From: an uncultured Thermoleophilia bacterium
GTDB taxonomy: Bacteria > Actinomycetota > Thermoleophilia > UBA2241
Direction of reading: 5' to 3'
Length of the DNA: 64,000 bases
Assembly: GCA_963765635.1 (NCBI GenBank)
Contig: CAVXXF010000002.1
Span: 210,363 to 274,362, forward strand
Shown: piece after piece, positions 38,049 through 46,023 of the stretch
Numbering within the stretch: the first letter of the stretch is position 1
Layout of the letters: each line of letters opens with the position of its first letter
Program-made: the position numbers and the translations under genes
The notes under the pieces: model-generated
What the model was told of the DNA's origin: nothing
The model's input: only the letters and a program-made list of their open reading frames with translations
The model's database searches: none

Positions 38049-38959
38049 GGCCAGGCTACTTCCGGGCTCCGCGGCCGCTCACGGATCTCACTGCGCGAGA
38101 GACGCCGGGCTCTCCGCTCGCCAAGCAGACGAAGTGCGAGTGTCAACGCAGCGCTGCGCAGGCGGCCTGGGGTGGACCGTGGAGACGGGTCGAGCTGAGC
38201 TATCAGGCGCTGCCGCTCCAGAACACACTCGTCGACGGCGCGGCGATCCTCAGCGGAGAGCGCGAAATCCCGCCGCAAGTCGGTCACCAGACGGATGTCA
38301 GACCGATACGCGGTCTCCAGACTCGCCGACTTCTGAGTCGCGCTCACCCTGTGCAGCGATAGAGGCTCAGGCAGGTAGCGGTGCCGCGCCCCCGAGGCCA
38401 TGGCGCGAAGCCAGAAGTCGTAGTCCTCTCCGAACACGTCTGAGCGGTAGCCGCCGACCGTTGCGAACAGCTCCCGGCGGTACACGGCGCCGACGCTGTA
38501 GAAGCACAGACGGATCACGTCGCCGAGTTCAAGGGAGTGGACCTCGTCTCGCTTTCCCGGAATGTAGACGAGCTTCCGAGAATCGCCCGGACTCCAGAAG
38601 TATCCGTTCGTCGAGTAGATGTCGTAGCCGCTCTCTCGCGTGATGAAGTCGTGCATCTTGGAGAGGTGCTCTGGCAACAGGATGTCATCCGCCGAGCAGA
38701 GAACGATGAAGTCACCGGCAGCGGCCACGACGCCTGAGTTGTAGGCGCCGGCAGAACCCCGATTGTCCTGGTGGACGATCCGTATGCGGGGGTCTTGCTT
38801 AGCGTATGTCGACGCGATTCGAAAGGTCCCGTCCGTGGAGCCGTCATCCACAACGACACATTCCCAGTCGCCAACCGACTGGGCCGTGATCGCTTCAAGC
38901 GTTGCGGCGAGCGTCGCCTCGGCATTGTAGGCGGGCACGATAATCGAGAAGAGAGGCAC
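38003..38959 (-). CDS. GT2-family glycosyltransferase, intact copy C
   Basis: MPLFSIIVPAYNAEATLAATLEAITAQSVGDWECVVVDDGSTDG...CSADDILLPEHL...GEDYDFWLRA. DxD motif and family pattern; 318 aa. Confidence 0.8.
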   Translation of the reverse strand: MPLFSIIVPAYNAEATLAATLEAITAQSVGDWECVVVDDGSTDGTFRIASTYAKQDPRIRIVHQDNRGSAGAYNSGVVAAAGDFIVLCSADDILLPEHLSKMHDFITRESGYDIYSTNGYFWSPGDSRKLVYIPGKRDEVHSLELGDVIRLCFYSVGAVYRRELFATVGGYRSDVFGEDYDFWLRAMASGARHRYLPEPLSLHRVSATQKSASLETAYRSDIRLVTDLRRDFALSAEDRRAVDECVLERQRLIAQLDPSPRSTPGRLRSAALTLALRLLGERRARRLSRSEIRERPRSPEVAWPWAPSRHARIAHTRS

Positions 38960-39334
38960 GTCGATCCCCTAGGCCCGGCTAACCGGGGCGCTGTCTGCAT
39001 GCCGGCCTGAGTCTCAACGGCCGGATCGTCCAGGAGACGGAATGAAAGACCCCCGAGACGGGATCGGCCAGACGTGCGCCGACGACCTTTGCGACGCCGG
39101 TGCGAAGACGCTGGGGCTGCTCCTCCAGCCTGATCTCGGCAGCCTCCGCGAACGAGAAGAAACGCCGCCTCGCCAAGCGTCTTCGGCCTGTCGCCGAACT
39201 CAGCGCGGGCGGCGCCGGGGTGGACAGAGAAGACAAGGTGTTCACGTTCGACATGCCACAGGAGTGGGTCGCCCGGCTCATCTGGTCGCTCCTGCTTCTC
39301 TCTCCAGAACACGCGACGTCCTTTGCACGTGAAG

Positions 39335-40222
39335 CTACGACCGGCCCGAGACTGCAGCATCTGAGTGCTCCCGCGCCAGTTGCTCGAGCATCTCGTCCCA
39401 GTTCGGCGGAGTCCACCCCGTGCGCTCGCGGAAACGCGTGCTGTCGAGCGAGCGGTCGATGAGCGGCTCGTCCGCCGCGATGAGGTCCACGTCCCACCCG
39501 AGGTAGCCGGCGAGTCTGGCGAGCAGCGTGTACTTGTCGACAGGGTCCGCGGATACGTGCCAGAGGCCGCACAGGCTCTCGTCCGGCAGGATCACGTCGC
39601 GGATGAGGACGGTGAGCGCCTGCGTGGTCAAGCCGCTGAACACGGCTTTCGCGAAACCCGTGAGCGCCTCGGTGCGGTGGGCGGCGAACCAGCCCACCAG
39701 CCCGGTGGGTGCGCCGAGCTGCCAGCCGACGATGGACGTGCGAAGGGTGACGACGTGGTCGCGGTCGATGACCTCACCCAGCAGCTTCGAGCGGCCGTAG
39801 AGGTCGAAGGCGTCGGGCGCATCGTCCTCGGTGTAGCTTCCTCGCGCGCCGCTGAACACGCAGTCGGTGCTCACGTGCACCATGCGGGCACCATGAGCGG
39901 CGCAGGCGTCCGCGAGCACGTGCGGCCAGAGGCTGTTGACCGTGATGGAGGGGATGGCGGCCTTGGCGGCGGCGAGCTGCTTGACGATGCCGACGGCGTT
40001 GAGCACGAGGTCGGGCTTCACGCGCTCGACGAGAGCGTGTGCCGAAGTGCCATCGGTGGCGTCGAGACCGCCGAGCATTCGCTCGGCGGGTACGCCCAGG
40101 TCAGAGAGCGCTTCGGGATCGCGGCACGCACCCCACACCTTGAAGTCCGCGGCCAGTACGCGGATGGCCTCGTGGCCCAGCATCCCGCTGGCGCCGATCA
40201 CCAGGATGCGGGGTGCGCTCAC
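39335..40222 (-). CDS. RmlD/FnlB(Cap5F)-like NAD(P)-dependent sugar-nucleotide reductase
   Basis: MSAPRILVIGASGMLGHEAIRVL. SDR Rossmann fold. YxxxK in the ...DLYGRSKLLGE context. Confidence 0.75.
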   Translation of the reverse strand: MSAPRILVIGASGMLGHEAIRVLAADFKVWGACRDPEALSDLGVPAERMLGGLDATDGTSAHALVERVKPDLVLNAVGIVKQLAAAKAAIPSITVNSLWPHVLADACAAHGARMVHVSTDCVFSGARGSYTEDDAPDAFDLYGRSKLLGEVIDRDHVVTLRTSIVGWQLGAPTGLVGWFAAHRTEALTGFAKAVFSGLTTQALTVLIRDVILPDESLCGLWHVSADPVDKYTLLARLAGYLGWDVDLIAADEPLIDRSLDSTRFRERTGWTPPNWDEMLEQLAREHSDAAVSGRS

Positions 40223-41295
40223 GCGAGTCCCAGTACGATCCTCGCGACGACGTCGGAGACGTTCTCAGCGAGGTACTCGGCCGGCGGGTTCCACGTGCCG
40301 GCGGAGCGGACGGCGAGGTCGATCGCCGGCAGAATGCGCTCAGCCTCGACGCCGGCCAGCAGGTTGCTGCCGCACTCGATGGTCTCGGGCCGCTCTGTGA
40401 CATCGCGCATCGTGACCGTGGGCACACCGAAGATGCAGCATTCTTCCTGCACTGTTCCGCTGTCGGAGAGTACGCAGAACGCTTCCTTCTCGAGGCGCAC
40501 GAAATCAAAAAGCCCAAGAGGCGGGACGAAGCCGATCTTGCCGGCCTCCATGCCGAACTGCTGCATCTTGTCGGCCGTGCGTGGGTGCAACGAGGCCAGA
40601 ATCGGCAGGTCGTACTTCGCGATCGTCCGGTTGAGCGCCTCGATCAGGGCCGCGAGTCGCTCGGGATCGTCCACGGTCTCGGCGCGATGGGCGGTGACCA
40701 GGAAGTACTTGCCCGGCTCCACGCCGAACGTTGTGAAAGGGTCGGCCGCGTCGATCTGTGGGGCGTAGTGGTCCAGCACTTCCTTGATGGGGTTGCCGGT
40801 GACGTAGATTCTCCGGCGTTCGATGCCCTCGCGCACGAGATTCTCGGCGCTCCGATGCGTGTACGGCATCAGGACGGTGCTGGAATGGTCGATGACGCGG
40901 CGGTTGACCTCTTCCGGTACGCGGTCGTCATAGCAGCGGTTGCCGGCCTCCATGTGACAGACGCGGATGCCCATGCGCTTGGCCACGAATGCGGCGAGGC
41001 CGGTGTTGGTGTCGCCGAGGATGAGGACTGTGTCGGGGCTCTCCGCGCGGAAGAGCTCTTCGCATCTGGCGAGTATCTGCCCGATCTGATCGGCGAACCC
41101 CGCACCGCGCACGCCCATGAAGAGGCCGGGCTCACGCAGCCCGAGATCGCGGAAGAACATGCCGCTCAGCCGGTCGTCGTAGTTCTGGCCGGTGTGGACG
41201 AGCAGGTGCTCGCACGAAGCATCAAAGACTGGAATCACTCGCGAGAGACGGATGATCTCGGGCCGCGTGCCCAGCAGCGTGATGACCTTGGCCAC
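40219..41295 (-). CDS. UDP-N-acetylglucosamine 2-epimerase (non-hydrolysing; FnlC/Cap5G-like)
   Basis: MAKVITLLGTRPEIIRLSRVI...HTGQNYD...VLILGDTNT...HMEAGNRC. Classic WecB-family motifs. Confidence 0.85.
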   Translation of the reverse strand: MAKVITLLGTRPEIIRLSRVIPVFDASCEHLLVHTGQNYDDRLSGMFFRDLGLREPGLFMGVRGAGFADQIGQILARCEELFRAESPDTVLILGDTNTGLAAFVAKRMGIRVCHMEAGNRCYDDRVPEEVNRRVIDHSSTVLMPYTHRSAENLVREGIERRRIYVTGNPIKEVLDHYAPQIDAADPFTTFGVEPGKYFLVTAHRAETVDDPERLAALIEALNRTIAKYDLPILASLHPRTADKMQQFGMEAGKIGFVPPLGLFDFVRLEKEAFCVLSDSGTVQEECCIFGVPTVTMRDVTERPETIECGSNLLAGVEAERILPAIDLAVRSAGTWNPPAEYLAENVSDVVARIVLGLA

Positions 41296-41296
41296 G

Positions 41297-42352
41297 TTAC
41301 GCCTCCAGGTAGCGCTCGCCGAGGACCTCGGGGACCTTACTTGCGAGGAAGCCGGCGAGCTCCTCGGTGCTCATCAGCGCGTTCGCCGAACCGTAGTCGC
41401 CGACGAGCGCCGGCTCGTCGACCGGACCAGCCAGCTCGGGGAGCATGGGGCGAAGCGCGAAGTAGCCCTCCTGCCCGTGGATGGTGCGGGTGGCTTCTTC
41501 TTCGGAGAGCAGGATCTCGTGGATCTTCTCTCCGGGGCGGATACCGGTGACGACCATCTCGATGTCGCGGTCGCCGATGAGGTAGGCGGCGAGGTCGGTC
41601 ATCCTGGCGCTTGGGCAGCGCGGGATGTAAGTCTCACCGGCTGCCCCGGATCGCACCGCCGCGAAGATCGTGTCTACAGCGTCCTCGAGCGTCAAGAGGA
41701 AGCGCGTCATGTCTGAGGTCGTGATGGTGACCGGGCCGCCGGCGGCGATCTGATCGAGGAACAGCGGCACCACGGAGCCGCGCGAGGCCAGCACATTGCC
41801 GTATCGCGCGCAGATGAAGCGCGTCTGCGGGCAATGGATGTTGCCGTCGATGTAGACGCGCTCCTGGATGGCCTTGGTCATGCCCATGACATTGACCGGC
41901 TTGCACGCCTTGTCGGTGGAGATGCCAACGACGGTCTCGACCGGCAGATGCGACTCCGCGATGGCTCGCACGAGATTCACGGCGCCTTCGACGTTCGTGC
42001 GGCAGGCCTCCCATGGGTAGTACTCGCAGCTCGGGACCTGCTTGAGGGCCGCCGCGGCGAAGACGATGTCGGCCTTCTCGGCGGCGCGAACGACACTCGC
42101 GTAGTCACGCACGTCCCCGATCATGAACTTCAGCCGCTGTCTGCTGTTCTCGAAGATGACTTCGTCGGTGGCGGCGCTCTGGTTCATGAAATCCAGACGC
42201 ATGTAGTGCTGCTTGGCTTCGTCCCGCGAGAAGACGGTGACGCTCTCAGGGACGCCCTCGGCGCCGGTCATCAGACGACGCGTGAGCACCTGCCCGAGCG
42301 AGCCGGTGCCTCCTGTGATGAGGATGCGTTTGCCTTCGAACATGCCTGCCAT
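41297..42352 (-). CDS. UDP-GlcNAc 4,6-dehydratase/epimerase (FnlA/CapD/Cap5E-like short polysaccharide-biosynthesis protein)
   Basis: KRILITGGTGSLGQVLTRRL...FMIGDVRD...GMTKAIQE. Extended-SDR pattern of the CapD subfamily. Confidence 0.8.
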   Translation of the reverse strand: MAGMFEGKRILITGGTGSLGQVLTRRLMTGAEGVPESVTVFSRDEAKQHYMRLDFMNQSAATDEVIFENSRQRLKFMIGDVRDYASVVRAAEKADIVFAAAALKQVPSCEYYPWEACRTNVEGAVNLVRAIAESHLPVETVVGISTDKACKPVNVMGMTKAIQERVYIDGNIHCPQTRFICARYGNVLASRGSVVPLFLDQIAAGGPVTITTSDMTRFLLTLEDAVDTIFAAVRSGAAGETYIPRCPSARMTDLAAYLIGDRDIEMVVTGIRPGEKIHEILLSEEEATRTIHGQEGYFALRPMLPELAGPVDEPALVGDYGSANALMSTEELAGFLASKVPEVLGERYLEA

Positions 42353-42832
42353 CGTCGATACCCCTGTCCGATTCGCTGCTGGGCGCCCCGCAATTCGAGC
42401 GGCTTCTGCATTCTAGACCATGTGGACCAGCCCGACGCCTGAGTGCGTAGTCTGGCGCGGGACGCGGTGCGAGTGCCGGGCCTTGCCGAGGAGGCCGCCC
42501 GCGACCTGGTGCGCGCCCGTGAGGACGCCTGCGGCGACCTGATGGGCGCGCGGCACTGGCGGCGGCACTGTTCCGCGGAGCATTGCAGCTTCGGGCCGGG
42601 CTACCTGGCGCCCCCTGAGTAGACCATCAAACGTCTCCGGCAAACGTCCACCTTGTCGCACGCTCGCGAGATGCTACTCTGGGATAGCACGCCGAAGATG
42701 CCTCCTTGCTTGCCACCAAGACCTCCGCCCCGAGGCGCTCATGGCGGTCACCGGCAAGCAGCGCATAGGGTAGATGGGCGGTCCATCAGCGGTGACTCGC
42801 TGTACTGACGTCAATCGGAAAGGAGATCCTCG

Positions 42833-43060
42833 ATGCATGGAATGGAAGAAATAATCGAAGAAGCGGAATGTCTTCCTGTTGAAGAACGGGTCATAGTCAT
42901 CGATTCCCTGCTCCGAACGATCAATCCACCTCTGGCCGAAGTCGAGATCGAATGGATCATGGTCGCCAAACGCCGTCTCGCCGAGCTGCGATCCGGCCAG
43001 GTAACGGCTGTTCCCGGGAATGAGGTGTTCGCCAAGATCCGTGACCGTTTCGAGACATGA
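42833..43060 (+). CDS. Putative addiction-module antitoxin (small acidic protein preceding a ParE/RelE toxin)
   Basis: 75 aa. MHGMEEIIEEAECLPVEERVIVIDSLLRTINPP...VAKRRLAELRSGQV. Local GC markedly lower than the surroundings. Confidence 0.6.
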   Translation: MHGMEEIIEEAECLPVEERVIVIDSLLRTINPPLAEVEIEWIMVAKRRLAELRSGQVTAVPGNEVFAKIRDRFET

Positions 43061-43347
43061 CCTTTTCGTTTCACCCCGAGGCAGAAGAGGACTTACGCTC
43101 AGCCATCGACCACTATGAGTGTCTCGAAGCCGGCCTTGGCCACGAATTCTCCCTTGAAGTCCTCACAGCCATCTACAGCATCGTCACGCACCCGAATGCC
43201 TGGCCGGTCATAGAAGACGACGTTCGTCGTTGCCTTGTGAACCGTCTTCCCTTCGGCGTTCTCTACAGCCTCGAACCGACGAGCATCTTCGTTCCTGCAG
43301 TGATGCATCACCGGAGGCGGCCCGGCTACTGGAAGAACAGAGAATAG
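43057..43347 (+). CDS. ParE/RelE-superfamily toxin
   Basis: 96 aa. ATGA overlap with the antitoxin. ...AIDHYECLEAGLGHEFSLEV...RRCLVNRLPFGVLYSLEPTSIFVPAVMH is typical of ParE/RelE. Confidence 0.65.
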   Translation: MTFSFHPEAEEDLRSAIDHYECLEAGLGHEFSLEVLTAIYSIVTHPNAWPVIEDDVRRCLVNRLPFGVLYSLEPTSIFVPAVMHHRRRPGYWKNRE

Positions 43348-43439
43348 AGACGAGCGATCCCCTCGGCCGCACGCACGAGTCTGGACTGCCAGAGCGCTGA
43401 CCCGTCGCTTTCCGCTCGGGCGTGAGAGAATGGCGCCGG

Positions 43440-44637
43440 ATGAAGCTGCCCTCCCACCCGCTGCGCGTCACGATGGTCAACAAGTACTACTCGCCGCCGC
43501 ACCTTGGCGGTGTGGAGATCAGTCGTGCGCACCCTGTCCGAGGGCCTCGTGGAGCATGCCGGGGCGCGGGTGCGCGCGCTGGTGAGCAACGAGGGCCGCG
43601 AGCGCCTGGAGGAGAGCATCGGCGGCGTGGACGTGGTGCGCCTGCCGCGGCAGCTGGCGCTGTCGTCGGCGCCGGTGGCCGCAGGCATGCCCGGCGCGCT
43701 GCGCGACGAGATGCGACACGCGGGACCCGACGGCCCGGAGCCGCCCGACGTCGTCAACCTGCACTCTCCGTACCCGTGGGGCGAGCTGTCGTTTCTGCAG
43801 GCGAGCCCAGACGTACCCAGCGTCGTGCTGTACCACAGCGACATCGTGCGCCAGAAGCGCCTGCTCGCCGCCTACCGGCCCTTTCTGGAACGGTTTCTCG
43901 ATAGAGTCGACCTCATCGTGACGTCGTCGCCCAACATGGTCAGGAGCTCGCCGTTTCTCGCGCCGCGCGCCGAGAAGTGCCGCGTGGTGCCGTTCGGCCT
44001 GCCGGCGGCGCGTCTGGCAGCCACGCCCGCCGTTCTGCGGCGCGCCGCGGAGCTGCGCGCCGCCCATGCCGGGCGCAAGGTCGTGCTCTTCGTCGGCCGG
44101 CTCGTGTACTACAAGGGCGTCGATGTGCTCGTGCGCGCCATGGCACAAGTCGATGCTGACCTCGTGCTGATCGGCCGCGGCCCGCTCGAGGCAGAGCTGC
44201 GCGAGCTCGCCTCCGCCGCCGGTATCGCCTCGCGCGTGACCTTCCTCGCCCCGCAGGGCGACGAGGAGCTCTCCGCCTGGTACCACGCCGCCGACGTCTT
44301 CTGCCTGCCCAGCGTGGCCCGTAGCGAGGCGTTCGGCCTTGTGCAGATCGAGGCGCACGCCGCCGGCACGCCGGTGGTGTCCACCGACGTGCCCACCGGC
44401 GTCCCGTACGCCAATCCCGACGGCGTCACCGGGTTCACGGTGCCGCCCGGTGATGCGCTGGCGCTGGGCGCGGCGCTGATCCGCCTGCTCGGCGACGACG
44501 AGCTGCGCGCGCGCCTCGGCGGCCAGGCGCAGGCGCGCGCGCAGCGCGTGTTCACGGTCCCGCGCATGGTCGCCGGTACGCTCGAGGTGTATGCCGAGGC
44601 GGCCGGGCGGCACGCGGCCAGGCGCGGCAGAGCGTAG
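43440..44637 (+). CDS. GT4-family glycosyltransferase with an apparent 1-nt frameshift at ~43521
   Basis: N-terminus MKLPSHPLRVTMVNKYYSPPHLGGVEI is in the frame of ORF 43422. The rest (VVRTLSEGLVEHAGARV...GLVQIEAHAAGTPVVSTDV) is in the frame of ORF 43504. Deleting one base at gagatcAgtcgtg gives the canonical ...GGVEIVVRTL... Confidence 0.7.
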
Positions 44638-46011
44638 ATGTCGCGCAACCGCTTCATCGCGCTTTCCATCGCTGTCGATGCCGTGCTCGTCAACGTCGGT
44701 TTCGTGCTTGCCTTCTTGGTGCGCTTCGAGGGCCGGCTGCCGGCGTTCAACTTCCAGGCCTACCTCTTCCTCGCGCCGCTGCTCACGGTGCTCTACATCG
44801 GCGGCGCCTGGACATACGGTCTCTACGATCCCGAGCGCGCCGATACCGCCTGGGCGGTGGTCCGCGGCGCCGTGGCGGCGGTGACGGTCGGCACGCTGCT
44901 CACCGCCGCGATCGCCTTCTTCGGCGGCGCGCGCACGGCCTCGTTCGCGCGCTCCACCATTCTGCTCGCCTGGGTCATCGACCTCGTGCTGCTCACGGGC
45001 TGGCGGCTCGCCTTCCTGCGCCTGGCACGCGTGAGCTGGCCGGAGCAGCGCGTGCTCATCGTCGGCACCGGCACGGCGTCGGTGGAGCTCGCCCAGAAGG
45101 TGTCGCAGCGCGACCGCTGGGGCTGGACGGTGACCGGCCTCATCGACGCGAGCACCGATCCCGGCCATACGCGGCCGGCCGAGGTCGGCGGCTTCCCCGT
45201 TCTCGGCGGCGCTCACGACGTGGCGCGCATCGCCGGCGAGCACCATGCCAACCGCGTTATCGTCGTCAGCCCGATCGCTCTGCGCGAGCTCGTCGAGTCG
45301 CTGGTGCTCGCCGACGAGGCGAACGTGCGCGTCGACGTAGTGCCCGAGCTCTACGAGATCTTCATCGGCACGGTGGACGCCATCGTCGGCGACGTGCCGC
45401 TCATGGAGATCACGCACGCCAGCGTGCCGCGCTACTACGCCGCCGCCAAGCGCACGATCGATGTGCTGGTCGCCCTCGTCGGTCTTGTCGTGACCAGCCC
45501 ACTTCTGCTGGCGGCGGTCATCGCCATCGCCATCGACGACGGCTTCCCGGCGCTCTTCTCCCAGGAGCGCGTCGGCCGGAGGATGAAGCCGTTCCGCATG
45601 CACAAGCTGCGCACCATGGTCAAGGACGCCGAAGGCGACAGCGGGCCGGTGCTCGCCGCGGAGAACGACGCGCGCGTCACGGCCGCCGGCCGCGTGCTGC
45701 GCAAGTACCGCATCGACGAGATCCCCCAGTTCGTCAACATCATCAAGGGTGAGATGAGCTTCGTGGGTCCGCGCCCCGAGCGCGCCTACTTCGTTGAGCA
45801 GTACAGCCTCGAGACGCCGGGCTACCGCGAGCGCTTCAACGTCAAGCCGGGAGTCACCGGCTTGGCCCAGGTCAGCGGCGGCTACGCGACTACGCCTGAG
45901 CGCAAGCTCAAGTACGACCTCATCTACATGTATCATCAGACCCTGGCCATGGACGCACAGATCGTGGCCGAGACCCTGCGCGTGGTGCTCACCGGGCGCG
46001 GAGCCAGATAG
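44638..46011 (+). CDS. Polyprenyl-phosphate sugar phosphotransferase (WbaP/WcaJ/EpsL 'sugar transferase' family); priming glycosyltransferase
   Basis: 457 aa. N-terminal TM helices. C-terminal ...IDEIPQFVNIIKGEMSFVGPRPERAYFV...KPGVTGLAQVSG is the bacterial sugar-transferase signature. ATGA overlap with the upstream GT4. Confidence 0.85.
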   Translation: MSRNRFIALSIAVDAVLVNVGFVLAFLVRFEGRLPAFNFQAYLFLAPLLTVLYIGGAWTYGLYDPERADTAWAVVRGAVAAVTVGTLLTAAIAFFGGARTASFARSTILLAWVIDLVLLTGWRLAFLRLARVSWPEQRVLIVGTGTASVELAQKVSQRDRWGWTVTGLIDASTDPGHTRPAEVGGFPVLGGAHDVARIAGEHHANRVIVVSPIALRELVESLVLADEANVRVDVVPELYEIFIGTVDAIVGDVPLMEITHASVPRYYAAAKRTIDVLVALVGLVVTSPLLLAAVIAIAIDDGFPALFSQERVGRRMKPFRMHKLRTMVKDAEGDSGPVLAAENDARVTAAGRVLRKYRIDEIPQFVNIIKGEMSFVGPRPERAYFVEQYSLETPGYRERFNVKPGVTGLAQVSGGYATTPERKLKYDLIYMYHQTLAMDAQIVAETLRVVLTGRGAR

Positions 46012-46023
46012 GGGAGCAGGCGC

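Noticed and set aside
39365-40768. 467-aa plus-strand ORF antisense to the FnlB/FnlC genes
   Set aside because: Arg/Gly/Asp-rich antisense artefact. Sense-strand enzymes well supported.
43519-45936. 805-aa minus-strand ORF spanning the GT4 and WbaP-like genes
   Set aside because: Antisense. Composition dominated by R, G, A, D, H runs. The plus-strand genes carry family signatures.
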